Below the pieces are notes generated by a model. The model ran no database searches. It saw only the letters and a list, made by a program, of their open reading frames with translations, and had not been told where the DNA came from. Of a stretch of 64,000 nt of DNA, positions 49,827-59,393 are shown piece after piece. The translations under genes were made by a program, and so were the position numbers. Source of the stretch: an uncultured Gemmatimonadales bacterium. Its GTDB lineage: Bacteria > Gemmatimonadota > Gemmatimonadetes > Longimicrobiales > RSA9. Each line of letters begins with the position of its first letter. The stretch's first letter is position 1. The stretch lies in contig CAWCUS010000006.1 in the NCBI GenBank assembly GCA_963798845.1, forward strand, positions 1,152,001-1,216,000, given 5' to 3'.

Positions 49827-50938
49827 CCACGCAGACGGCACCCCCGCAGCAGGGCAAGCAGCTGAACCTCAGGGCGCTGCTCGAGGAGATGATCGCCCGC
49901 AACGCGAGCGACCTCCACCTCACTGCCGGCCAGCAGCCGATGATCCGGGTGGACGGCGCCATCATCATGGCCAACAGCGCCACCAAGGAGCTGGACCCCA
50001 AGGACACGCTCAACCTGGCGTACTCCATCCTCACCGAGAACCAGAAGAAGCGCTTCGAGACCGAGGACGAGCTCGACTTCTCGTTCGGGATCCAGAACCT
50101 CTCGCGCTTCCGCGGCAACGTGTTCAAGCAGCGCGGCTGCGTCACCGTCGTGATCCGCGCGATCCCCTACGAGATCCTGACCTTCGACAAGCTCGGGCTG
50201 CCCCCGATCGTGGCCCGCTTCGCAGACCGACCCAAGGGGCTCGTCCTGGTCACCGGCCCCACCGGGTCCGGAAAGTCCACCACGCTCGCCGCCATGATCG
50301 ACAAGATCAACCGCGAGGAGCCCGGGCACATCCTCACCGTCGAGGATCCGATCGAGTTCGTGCACCGGCACAAGAAGTCCATCGTCAACCAGCGCGAGGT
50401 CGGCGCCGACACCGGCTCCTTCGCCAACGCGCTCAAGTACGCGCTCCGGCAGGACCCCGACGTGGTGCTCATCGGCGAGATGCGCGACCTGGAGACCATC
50501 TCCGCCGCGCTCACCATCGCCGAGACCGGACACCTCGCCCTGGCCACGCTGCACACCAACTCCGCGGCCGAGACCATCAACCGCATCATCGACGTCTTCC
50601 CCTCCAACCAGCAGAGCCAGGTGCGGGCCCAGCTCGCGTTCGTCCTGGAAGGCGTCATCACCCAGACCCTCGTCCCCCGCAAGGGCGGGAAGGGGCGCGT
50701 CGCCGCCCTCGAGATCATGGTGGCCACTCCCGCGATCCGCGCCACCATCCGCGACGACAAGATCCACCAGATCTACTCCATCATGCAGGCGGGGAAGAAG
50801 CACGGGATGCAGACCATGAGCGATTCCCTCGCCCAGCTCGTGATCGCAGGCGACGTCACCCGGGACGAAGCGCTGCGCCACTCCAGCGAGCCGAACGAGC
50901 TGCTCCGGCTCCTGGGCGAGCCCGTATCCACCGCGTGA
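49823..50938 (+). CDS. pilT: Type IV pilus retraction ATPase
   Basis: ASDLHL, GPTGSGKSTTLAAMID, EDPIEF, LRQDPD, AIRATIRD (AIRNLIRE-like), GMQTM. Confidence 0.95.
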   Translation: MTTQTAPPQQGKQLNLRALLEEMIARNASDLHLTAGQQPMIRVDGAIIMANSATKELDPKDTLNLAYSILTENQKKRFETEDELDFSFGIQNLSRFRGNVFKQRGCVTVVIRAIPYEILTFDKLGLPPIVARFADRPKGLVLVTGPTGSGKSTTLAAMIDKINREEPGHILTVEDPIEFVHRHKKSIVNQREVGADTGSFANALKYALRQDPDVVLIGEMRDLETISAALTIAETGHLALATLHTNSAAETINRIIDVFPSNQQSQVRAQLAFVLEGVITQTLVPRKGGKGRVAALEIMVATPAIRATIRDDKIHQIYSIMQAGKKHGMQTMSDSLAQLVIAGDVTRDEALRHSSEPNELLRLLGEPVSTA

Positions 50939-50978
50939 CCGCTCGCGCGGACAACACGACCAGAGAGGCAGCCTGACC

Positions 50979-52187
50979 ATGCCGACCTACACCTACTCGG
51001 CCCGCAACCCCACCGGGATGCTCCAGCGCGGCGAGATCGACGTGCCCACCCGCGAGGAGGTCGTCGGATTCCTCCGCCGGCAGAAGCTGATTCCGGTCAA
51101 GATCGACCAGAAGAAGGGTGCCTTCACCCTCAACCTGACGCTCGGCAATCCGATCAAGACCCGCGACATCGTCATCTTCACACGACAGTTCGCGACCATG
51201 ATCAACGCCGGGCTGCCGCTCGTGCAGTCCCTCGACATCCTCGCGCGACAGACCGAGAACAAGGCGCTGTCCCGCGTCATCGAGCAGGTCCAGCACGACG
51301 TCGAGAGCGGCAACACCCTCGCCGACGCCCTGCGCCAGCACCCCAAGGTCTTCACCGAGCTCTTCGTCAACATGGTCGCCGCCGGCGAAGTGGGCGGCAT
51401 CCTGGACATCATCCTGCTCCGCCTGGCCGTCTTCCTCGAGAAGAACGACGCCCTCAAGCGCAAGATCAAGGGCGCCATGGTCTACCCGGCCGTCATCTTC
51501 CTCGTCGCCATCGGCGCCGTCGCCACCCTCCTGATCGTGGTCATCCCCACCTTCCAGGAGATGTTCGAAAGCGCCGGCGTGCCCCTGCCCGCGCCCACCC
51601 GCGTGGTCATCGGGCTGTCCCAGGGACTCCAGTCCTACTGGTACATCGTTCTCGCCGTGATCGCCGCCGTCGTCATCGGCCTCCGCTCCTACTACAAGAC
51701 CCGCAACGGCGAGCTCGCCATCGACCGCTTCATGCTCAGGATCCCCATCATCGGACCCCTCCTGAGGAAGACCGCCGTCGCACGCTTCACACGCACCCTC
51801 GGCACCCTGGTCTCCTCCGGCGTCTCCATCCTCGACGGCCTCGAGATCACCGCCAAGACCGCCGGCAACCGCGTCATCCAGGACGCCGTCATGGCCAGCC
51901 GCAGCAGCATCGCCGGCGGCGAGACCATCGCCGAGCCGCTCAAGCGCGCCGAAGTCTTCCCGCCCATGGTCGTCTCCATGATCCACGTGGGCGAGCAGAC
52001 CGGCGGCCTCGACGAGATGCTCACCAAGATCGCCGACTTCTACGACGAGGAGGTCGACCAGGCCGTCGAAGCGCTCCTCAGCGCCCTCGAGCCGATCATG
52101 ATCGTGTTCCTCGGCGGCATCGTCGGCGGCATGATCGTCGCCATGTACCTGCCGATCTTCGACATGATCAACACGGTGCAGCAGTAG
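50979..52187 (+). CDS. pilC: Type IV pilus platform protein (T2SS F family)
   Basis: FTRQFATMINAG, AGEVGGILD, AMVYP, GEQTGGLD, LEP, AMYLPIF. Confidence 0.95.
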   Translation: MPTYTYSARNPTGMLQRGEIDVPTREEVVGFLRRQKLIPVKIDQKKGAFTLNLTLGNPIKTRDIVIFTRQFATMINAGLPLVQSLDILARQTENKALSRVIEQVQHDVESGNTLADALRQHPKVFTELFVNMVAAGEVGGILDIILLRLAVFLEKNDALKRKIKGAMVYPAVIFLVAIGAVATLLIVVIPTFQEMFESAGVPLPAPTRVVIGLSQGLQSYWYIVLAVIAAVVIGLRSYYKTRNGELAIDRFMLRIPIIGPLLRKTAVARFTRTLGTLVSSGVSILDGLEITAKTAGNRVIQDAVMASRSSIAGGETIAEPLKRAEVFPPMVVSMIHVGEQTGGLDEMLTKIADFYDEEVDQAVEALLSALEPIMIVFLGGIVGGMIVAMYLPIFDMINTVQQ

Positions 52188-52209
52188 GGGGTGTCCCTGA
52201 AGGTCACGT

Positions 52210-52380
52210 GTGTGGGTTTACACGGTGTGGGTTTACACGGTGTTTCGTAAGTCCTGAGCGGAATCTGTCGTAATTTGTTGCACGCTGTTTCGTAATTTCG
52301 CGGAAGCCTGTGGTTCCCCAGGACGGATCGTAGGACGACGCCGCCTTCTATCGTAATTCGCGGCAACCCGTATCGTAGGA
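52210..52380. repeat. Lower-GC segment with a 15-bp duplication and six regularly spaced TCGTA motifs
   Basis: GTGTGGGTTTACACG twice; TCGTA at 52245, 52268, 52290, 52328, 52351, 52373. Confidence 0.65.
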
Positions 52381-52525
52381 CGCAGTAGGCGTTACGCCGA
52401 GTTGTCAGCGCTGATCGAGGGGCAGGGACGGGCGGGACCGCTCGTCCCTGTCAGCGTTGTGGTGAATTCCAGATCCGCCTAGCTTTTCCACTTTCAGGCA
52501 GGTTCTCGAGCAATGGCGGTGCGAC

Positions 52526-53389
52526 GTGCCTGCACAACTCCTCCTCGCCTACGTCTTCATCACGCTCGTGGCCGGAGCCGTCTGCATCGGGTCCGTGCTC
52601 ATGCTGGCGTGGCTCCGGCGTGACGAGCTCGCGCGCGCCTTCCTGTGGCTCTATGCCGCTCTTACCGTGGCCGTTCTGGCTACGCTTCTGCTCGCGCTCG
52701 CGGCGACGCAGCCAGCAGTATCCCCCGGCGCGACCTCGGTCCTCGTATACCTGGAGGCATTCGTAGGACGCTATGGCGTGATGCTCGCGCTTCCGTTGTT
52801 CGCGCACCGGGCATTCAGCATCCGGGACCGCCGCCGGGATTCCGCGCTGATCGGCGTCGTGTTGGCGAGCCTTGCCGCTCAGCACGTGACCGAGTTCATG
52901 CTCGGGGGCGTCTGGGATGCACGCGGGGATGTCGCCGAGGACGTCGTGTTTGCGGGCATCGTCGCATACACCGTCGTGATTGGGGTGGCGAGGAGACGCC
53001 GTGGGGCCTATCCACCGCTGGCCGGGCGATTCCTCGCGCTTCTGGTCGCCGGTTTGCCGGTAGCGGTCTGGGACCTCTTCATCGCCGGCGACGAGGGCCC
53101 CCGGCTTTACCCTCTCTGGTACTGCGCCCTGGGCTTCGTCGTGATTCTCACCCTCTTCCGCCGCCACGCCGCCTCCGGCGCCGCCCCGCCCCGCGAGTGG
53201 GACCTTTCCGAACGGGAGGAGGAGGTACTTCGGCTCGTGCAGCGAGGGTTGAGCAATCAGGCCGTCGCGCGGGAGCTCACCATTTCTCCCAACACCGTGA
53301 AGTCTCACCTGCGCGCCATCTTCGACAAGAGCGGCTTCCGCACGCGCACGGCCCTCATCGCGCAGATGCGGAATCACCCGATCGGGTGA
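52526..53389 (+). CDS. Multi-TM LuxR-family transcriptional regulator
   Basis: About 7 hydrophobic helices then LSEREEEVLRLV..GLSNQAVARELTISPNTVKSHL. Confidence 0.88.
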   Translation: MPAQLLLAYVFITLVAGAVCIGSVLMLAWLRRDELARAFLWLYAALTVAVLATLLLALAATQPAVSPGATSVLVYLEAFVGRYGVMLALPLFAHRAFSIRDRRRDSALIGVVLASLAAQHVTEFMLGGVWDARGDVAEDVVFAGIVAYTVVIGVARRRRGAYPPLAGRFLALLVAGLPVAVWDLFIAGDEGPRLYPLWYCALGFVVILTLFRRHAASGAAPPREWDLSEREEEVLRLVQRGLSNQAVARELTISPNTVKSHLRAIFDKSGFRTRTALIAQMRNHPIG

Positions 53390-53416
53390 GGGGCGGGAGA
53401 TCATCCGATCGGGCGA
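53374..53416. promoter_or_regulatory. Paired palindromes, candidate LuxR-type operators
   Basis: Perfect TCACCCGATCGGGTGA (53374-89) and variant TCATCCGATCGGGCGA (53401-16) upstream of the surE-like gene. Confidence 0.55.
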
Positions 53417-53490
53417 TTGTCGGATGATCGGGCCGAGTGCAGCGTCCGGTGTCAAGGTCACCCGGATGAACCGTCGGCCTGGAGGATGGG

Positions 53491-54723
53491 ATGTCGTACC
53501 GCGCGCCATGGCTGGTTCTCTGTTGTGTCGTGATTGCCCTTACGGTTGGTGCGTCCTGCGCTGGGTCGATGCCTCAGGACGTTCCTGTCCCCCGTAGGGT
53601 GCTCCTGACCAATGACAACGGAATCGACGACGTCGGGCTAGTCGAATTGGCGCGTGCGTTCGCCCGCGACACCAGTTTCGAGGTCGTGGTGGTGGCTGCG
53701 ACCCGGGACCGCAGCGGCACGTCCAACTTTCTGGGCGCGACTCAAACCGGTCGCTACAGCGTCGAGCGCAGGGATCTGGGAGTGGGAATCGAGGCGTGGG
53801 CGTTGGAAGGCTACCCCGCCGACTGCGTCATCTTTGCCCTCACCGGGCCGCTTCGCGATCGCCTGCCGGACATCGTCGTCTCGGGCATAAACGGGGGGGC
53901 GAATCTGGCGGACGACTGGTTCGGTTCCGGGACCATTGGCGCCGCCCGCACCGCGGCCTACTTCGGGATACCGGCCGTAGCCGTATCCGGTCTCGAGGAC
54001 GATGACCCTGCCGCCGTGGCGGCTGCCACCTCCTGGGTGGTCCGCTTCGTCCGCAGTCCGATCGTGGCCACGCTGGAGCCACCGGAGTACCTGACGGTGA
54101 GCCTCCCTGTGGGGTCCCCTCCCGAAATCCGAGGCGTACGGGTCGTGGAGCGGGCGCGCGGGCTGATGGAAGGCAGGTCGAACAGAATCGAGGGGGACGA
54201 CTCCGTCGCCGTCTGGCAGTTCAACCTGACGACGGATCCGCTGGTAGCGGCGCCCGGCACGGACGTCGGGGCGGTGGCCGCCGGCGAGATCGCGATCGTC
54301 CCGATGCGGGTCGACGAGTACGATCCCGCGCTCGCCGAACGGCTTCGGCGCCGGGTGGAGCTCATTCCTGAATGGATTCCAGCGGTGCCCGGCGCCCGCA
54401 GCGTCGGTTTCGCCTGCGATGCTGGCTTCGGGGCGACCATCGATGATGCCGAGGATGCGGACGGCCATGAGCGGGGGGTGATGATCGAGTCGGTGGTACC
54501 GACAGGCCTCGCGGCTGCCGTGGGCCTCCAGAAGGGCAATGTGGTCGTCTCGTTCAAAGGGATCGCGCTCGAGTCGGACCGCGGAGATCCGGAGGATCCG
54601 GATCGCCGCCTCGTTCGTCTGCTGCGGGAGTTGCCGTGCGGGAGTGCGGTGGTGCTGGAGTACGTTCGGGACGGGCGGCGGCACTCGGTGCAATTCGACT
54701 GGCAGCGGCGGGAAGTGCCGTAG
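53491..54723 (+). CDS. surE: Exported SurE-family nucleotidase/phosphatase with C-terminal PDZ-like domain
   Basis: Signal or lipoprotein leader; LLTNDNG, RSGTS, GYPADCV, VVSGINGGAN, SGTIGAA, IPAVAVS; C-terminal GVMIESVVPTGLAAAVGLQKG. Confidence 0.8.
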   Translation: MSYRAPWLVLCCVVIALTVGASCAGSMPQDVPVPRRVLLTNDNGIDDVGLVELARAFARDTSFEVVVVAATRDRSGTSNFLGATQTGRYSVERRDLGVGIEAWALEGYPADCVIFALTGPLRDRLPDIVVSGINGGANLADDWFGSGTIGAARTAAYFGIPAVAVSGLEDDDPAAVAAATSWVVRFVRSPIVATLEPPEYLTVSLPVGSPPEIRGVRVVERARGLMEGRSNRIEGDDSVAVWQFNLTTDPLVAAPGTDVGAVAAGEIAIVPMRVDEYDPALAERLRRRVELIPEWIPAVPGARSVGFACDAGFGATIDDAEDADGHERGVMIESVVPTGLAAAVGLQKGNVVVSFKGIALESDRGDPEDPDRRLVRLLRELPCGSAVVLEYVRDGRRHSVQFDWQRREVP

Positions 54724-54893
54724 CCCGCGAAGGTGTCTGGCCTTCCGGATCCTCGGCTGTCCGGATCCCGGCAACTACGATAGAGGTTGGCAATCCAAGC
54801 GGGCAACTTACGATAGCCGCGCCTGCGAGCTACGGTAGATCGCGGCGAACCACAGAAGCCTCGTTGAGGCAAGGAGATGGCGAGCGGGGAGGA

Positions 54894-56380
54894 GTGCTGT
54901 CAACTTTTTTCTGTAGAAGTGGCCTGAGCCCTTCGGTTGTGTGATCCCTCATTCTCGCCCTGGTGGGGTCGAGGGCCGGAGCGCCGAAGGCGCGGGAGGC
55001 CACGTTGACTTCCACCGATATCCTGCATCCGCCGCACAGCTCAGGCGGCCGACTCGAGAGCCTCCGCCGACCTCTCCTTCCTCTGTTCCGCCAGCGGTTC
55101 CATTCGCAGGTAGCGCCGCCCGGTCACCCAGTCCTCGTGCCACTCCTTCAAGAGCGCGGTCACGAGCCGCCGCAGGCTCTCGAGGTTCGGGAAGATCCGC
55201 ACGACCCGGGTCCGGCGCAGCAGCTCCTGGTTCACCCGTTCGTTCCCGTTCGTGGTCCGGATGCGCCGGCGGTGCTTCTCCGGGAAGTGGAAGCAGCTCA
55301 AGGTCTCCTCCCCCATGACCTCGAGCCACTCGGCCAGGTCCGGATGCTCCGGAGCCAGCTCGGCCGCGAGATCCCCCAGCGCCGCCCGGGCCGCCTCGTG
55401 ATCCTCGCTGTCGTCCCAGACCCGGCGCAACCGCGTGTGGAGCTCGTCCTCGAGCGCCTTCGGAGCCTTCTCCAGCGCGTTCATCAGGAAGTGCCGCTGG
55501 CACCGCTGCCACGGCACGCCCGGCAGATGACGCCGCCGAGCCTCGGCCAGGCCCGGATGGGCATCCGCCACCACGAGCTCCACCCCCCTCAAGCCCCGCT
55601 CCTGCAACCCGGCCAGGAAGTCCGACCAGGTCGCGGTGGTCTCGCCCATGGCCACGTCCACGCCCAGCACGTGCCGATGTCCGGTCTCGCTCACCCCGAT
55701 CGCCACCAGCACCGCGACGTCCACGATCCGGTGGTCCACCCGCACCTTCTCATAGCGCGCATCCAGGACCAGGTACGGGAAGGCCTCCGCCAGCTCTCGC
55801 GTCCGCCACGGCTCGAGCTCCGCATCCAGCTCCTGCGCGTACCGGCTCACCGTCTCGTGGCTCAGACCCTCTCCGAACAGCTCCTCGCAGATCGCAGCCA
55901 CCTTCCGCGTCGACACGCCCTGCACGTAGCACTGCGCCAGCGCGCTGATCAGCGCGCCCTCGCTCCGCTGGTACCGCTCCAGCACCGACGGGTAGAAGCC
56001 CCCATCCCGCGTCTGCGGCACCCGAAGCTCCAGCACCCCCACCCGCGTCCGCTGCGTCCGCGGCTTATAGCCATTCCGCTGCGCTCTCCGCGCCTCACCC
56101 CGCTCGAACGGCGCCGCGCCCACGTACACGTCCCGCTCCGACTCCATCAGCGCCTGGACACCCGCCCGGAGAATCTCCGCCAGCAGATCCCGGTCCGACT
56201 CCAGCACCGCTTGCATCCACTCCGTCACATCCTGAGATTGGTCCTGACGGGTCACGATTCCCTCCTCAGTCAAGTGATTTTTTGCGATTTCACTCAACCG
56301 AAGGGGTCGGGGCCCGTCTCTGCAACCGCCTCGACCGACCCCCTTCAACCCACTTCTACAGAAAACAGCTTACACAGCGC
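54894..56380 (-). mobile_element. IS256-family insertion sequence (about 1487 bp)
   Basis: Imperfect terminal IRs GTGCTGTCAACTTTTTTCTGTAGAAGTGG / CCACTTCTACAGAAAACAGCTTACACAGCGC; flanks GGGGAGGA and GGGGAGGT (7/8 TSD). Confidence 0.9.
55041..56255 (-). CDS. IS256-family (Mutator-type) DDE transposase
   Basis: RNGYKPR, YVQGVSTRKV, LDARYEKVR, VADAHPGL, WQRCQRHF, RTTNGNERVNQELLRRT; GAGGAG RBS before GTG 56255. Confidence 0.95.
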   Translation of the reverse strand: MTRQDQSQDVTEWMQAVLESDRDLLAEILRAGVQALMESERDVYVGAAPFERGEARRAQRNGYKPRTQRTRVGVLELRVPQTRDGGFYPSVLERYQRSEGALISALAQCYVQGVSTRKVAAICEELFGEGLSHETVSRYAQELDAELEPWRTRELAEAFPYLVLDARYEKVRVDHRIVDVAVLVAIGVSETGHRHVLGVDVAMGETTATWSDFLAGLQERGLRGVELVVADAHPGLAEARRRHLPGVPWQRCQRHFLMNALEKAPKALEDELHTRLRRVWDDSEDHEAARAALGDLAAELAPEHPDLAEWLEVMGEETLSCFHFPEKHRRRIRTTNGNERVNQELLRRTRVVRIFPNLESLRRLVTALLKEWHEDWVTGRRYLRMEPLAEQRKERSAEALESAA

Positions 56381-56593
56381 GGGGAGGTGGCGGCCGGTAA
56401 CGGCGCCCTTCAGCATCAGGGCAGTCCGTACCGGGTTCTCTATGCGTTCGATCCGCGGCGCACGGCTATCCTGCTGGTCGGCGGAGACAAGACGGGCGAT
56501 GATCGGTGGTATGAGGCGTATGTGCCCGTGGCGGATCGCCTGTATGACGAGCATGTAGAGGAGCTACGCAGGGAGGAAAGAATCGATGGCTAA
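56381..56593 (+). pseudogene. 3' fragment of a RelE/HigB-like (Gp49-type) toxin
   Basis: QHQGSPYRVLYAFDPRRTAILLVGGDKTG...WY...ADRLYDEH; N-terminal half absent; overlaps the HTH gene. Confidence 0.78.
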
Positions 56594-56891
56594 GAACTTC
56601 AATACCCTTCGGAAAGAGATGTCTCCGGAGTCGCAGGAGCGCGCTGCGGAGAAGACGGCCCGGCTGATCGCGGCCATGGACATGGACGATCTTCGGCAGC
56701 ATCGTCACATCTCACAGGAGGATCTGGCGAAGCGACTCGACATCGTCCAGTCCTCGGTTTCCCGGCGACTCCATGGCAAGGACGCCAAGCTCAGCAAGGT
56801 CCGAGAGGTTGTGGAGGCAATGGGTGGTCACCTTGAAGTGGTGGCTGCATTTCCTGAGGGCGAGCGCGTTCGGCTGAAGCAGTTCGAGTAA
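56586..56891 (+). CDS. XRE/HigA-like HTH antitoxin
   Basis: MAKNFNTLR..MSPESQERA, ISQEDLAKRLDIVQSSVSR, VEAMGGHLEVVAAFP. Confidence 0.88.
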   Translation: MAKNFNTLRKEMSPESQERAAEKTARLIAAMDMDDLRQHRHISQEDLAKRLDIVQSSVSRRLHGKDAKLSKVREVVEAMGGHLEVVAAFPEGERVRLKQFE

Positions 56892-57110
56892 TTACGAGAG
56901 AACTGCCCACGCCCGGAACCGCCCGGTTACAGATTCATCGAAAAATCCTTCCCGTAGCCCGAGATTCGCGTGATTCTGGATTAGCCCGTTCCGGTCGTCG
57001 GGCTATCCGCCGCATCGGCGTGTTCTGTGTTGACGACGAGTTCGTCCCGAGTCGCCAAGTTCCCAACCGGCGCGCCACGTCACCGCCAGCGCGTTTGCGA
57101 CGAGAACACA

Positions 57111-57137
57111 AGCGCCCGCCTACCGTAGGCGGGCGCT
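57111..57137 (-). terminator. Hairpin downstream of the minus-strand lipoprotein gene
   Basis: AGCGCCCGCCTA-CCG-TAGGCGGGCGCT 12-bp stem, 16 bp past the stop codon. Confidence 0.55.
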
Positions 57138-57153
57138 CCGCCGGGCCGGATAG

Positions 57154-58032
57154 CTACCGCACTTCGACGGCCGTGACGCTGAACGGGAGGTCCATCGCGC
57201 CCCCGTTCGGGATGGATGCGTTCCCGGAGACGTCGTAGCACTGGGCGGCATGGATCCCCGCGCCGTTCGCCACCGTTTGGATCGACCAGCTCCCCGGCGC
57301 CGCCGGGTCCCACGACCCGAGCGCCTCGCCTGCCCCGTTCGTGTCGCCCGAGTCGACGTACGTCCCCGACGTCCGCTCGATCCGGACCTTCTCGAACTCC
57401 AGCCGGTCGCAACCCGGGATCCCCGTGGAGGAGATCGCGAAGGGCGCGGCCGGGTTCTGGCGCCGCTCATAGCCGGGATACTCCGCGGAGGTGCTCGGAT
57501 ATTCGAGGTTGCGGTCCCGCCCCGGCGCCTTCGCCTCCATCTTCGCATCGCGCCCGTCCACGACCCCGAGCCCGCCCGCATCGGCCCCCAGCATCATGAC
57601 GTTCTGGAAGTTGATGAACGGCGCCGTCTCCACCGTGCCGAGCCCCAGGTCGTTGCCCGCCGGGAATGAGATCGTCACGTGCCGCTTGACCTTGTGGCCG
57701 TTCATGTCGGCGTCGAAGACGAGGTCGCCCGAGACGCTGCAGCCCTGGTCGTGATAGAAGATCTTCGCGTGGACGCCGTCCTGATCACCGACGAACGTGT
57801 TGCCGAGGCCGTCCCCGCCGATGGCCCCGCCCCAGGTCAGCTGGACCCTCGAGTCCAGCAGGTCCGTCTTCCCCCCGCACTCGCTGTTCTGGAGCCCCCC
57901 GCCGTCCCCTCCGGGGCGGCCGCCCCTGGCGAAGGCTGCATCGTCCACGCCGGCGAGACGGGTGGAAGCGTCTGAACATGCGCCGAGGACAGTCAGCGCG
58001 AGACCCAGTGTGAACAGTTTGATGCACCGCAT
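57154..58032 (-). CDS. Hypothetical lipoprotein
   Basis: MRCIKLFTLGLALTVLGAC lipobox; Gly/Asp-rich mature part with GC3-rich codons. Confidence 0.72.
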   Translation of the reverse strand: MRCIKLFTLGLALTVLGACSDASTRLAGVDDAAFARGGRPGGDGGGLQNSECGGKTDLLDSRVQLTWGGAIGGDGLGNTFVGDQDGVHAKIFYHDQGCSVSGDLVFDADMNGHKVKRHVTISFPAGNDLGLGTVETAPFINFQNVMMLGADAGGLGVVDGRDAKMEAKAPGRDRNLEYPSTSAEYPGYERRQNPAAPFAISSTGIPGCDRLEFEKVRIERTSGTYVDSGDTNGAGEALGSWDPAAPGSWSIQTVANGAGIHAAQCYDVSGNASIPNGGAMDLPFSVTAVEVR

Positions 58033-58364
58033 GACAATCTCCCGGATCTGAGGAGCGCGCAGTGGGCGAACGAGGATCGCCCGACTGTAGGGGACTCGCT
58101 TACCAGTGTAGGGAGCCCCCCTACCACATCGCATGGGGCGTTTTGCCCTACCTGGTGAAGCCGCGTCGTTTGCGACGACAGCAGGTGAAGCGAAGGGAAG
58201 GGAAGGGTCCCTCTGGTAGGCGGTTCTGCGCGCCAACTCGCCCTGGCTCGCGGGCGAACCACTCTCGGGACCTCAGACAGCGACGGCCATTGCCGCGACC
58301 GCTTCCCGGCGAGCCCGTACCTCGGCGGGCTCGGCCTCGGCGGGCTGATCGCCTGCCGACGGTA

Positions 58365-58447
58365 GGGGCGTAGATAGGTGTGGTCGAATCCTGGGCCGCC
58401 GTGGAGAACGATCATCGGTGGTCCGTCGCCAACTTCGACCACAGGCC
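58365..58447 (-). pseudogene. N-terminal remnant of an alpha/beta hydrolase (proline iminopeptidase-like)
   Basis: VVEVGDGPPMIVLHGGPGFDHTYLRP, with no continuation of the fold on either side. Confidence 0.55.
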
Positions 58448-58758
58448 GCCAAGGTCGTGCTGGACAGGAGCGAGGGGAGTCATAGGGGATCGGGTGGTCC
58501 GCGGAAACTGCAGGGCCTCCCTGGTACACACACGCGGGCGTGAGGTCAAGAATCATTCCTGGCCATTCGGCCACATCGTCCTGTTCGACAGTGGACGCAC
58601 CTGGTCGACTGGTTCTGAGCGCCAGCGTGCGGGAGAGCGGACAGAAGGCACGCCGGGATAGAACACTCGTCGCCGGAGCCGCATCCCGGTGGCTGACTCG
58701 CGGCGCGATACAGGCCGCAGTATTGCCTACGGCGGCGATCGCGTCCTACCCTTCGCCC

Positions 58759-58935
58759 ATGCCGAACCGCCACGGACACTGGGATCCACAGGCTGAGGCC
58801 GACCTCCGCCATGCCGGGAACGCCCGCGAGGCGGGTGATCACGAGTGGGCGTGCTTCGCCGGGCAGCAGGCGGCGGAGAAGGGGGTACAGGCGTCGATCC
58901 AGTCGCCGGGCGGCGAGGTGTGGGAGGACGGATGA
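58759..58935 (+). pseudogene. Truncated HEPN-domain gene
   Basis: MPNR..HW..QAEADLRHA...G.HEWACF..QQAAEK resembles the N-terminus of MNT-associated HEPN proteins; stops after 58 aa. Confidence 0.62.
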
Positions 58936-59393
58936 CGGCGACACTCGTTCGGCTGCGGGACGTCCGGGCGGAAGATCTCGACGCCTTCTTCGAGCACCAG
59001 CGGGATCCCGAAGGGGTGGCGATGGCGGCTTTCCCGTCGCGGGACGAGGAGGCCTTCCGGAGCCACTGGGCCCGCGTGCTCGCCAACGCGGAGAATCGAA
59101 CGCGGACCATCGAGGTGGCCGGGACCGTGGCCGGTCACGTGGCCTGCTTCCCGCTGAATGACGTCCTGAACGTCGGCTACTGGCTCGGCCGCTCGTTCTG
59201 GGGGAAGGGGATCGCCACCGCGGCGCTCGGCCAGTTCCTGCGCGAGATCCAGGCGCGCCCGCTCTTCGCGCACGTGGCGGTGCACAACGTGGGCTCCCGT
59301 CGGGTGCTGGAGAAATGCGGGTTCATCCCGGTCGACGAGGAGGCGGAGGTCGGCGAGGACGGCGTGACGGAGCTGCTCTTCAGGCTCGACTAG
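58932..59393 (+). CDS. GNAT (RimJ/RimL-like) N-acetyltransferase
   Basis: VGYWLGRSFWGKGIAT, HNVGSRRVLEKCGF; GGAGG RBS. Confidence 0.9.
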   Translation: MTATLVRLRDVRAEDLDAFFEHQRDPEGVAMAAFPSRDEEAFRSHWARVLANAENRTRTIEVAGTVAGHVACFPLNDVLNVGYWLGRSFWGKGIATAALGQFLREIQARPLFAHVAVHNVGSRRVLEKCGFIPVDEEAEVGEDGVTELLFRLD

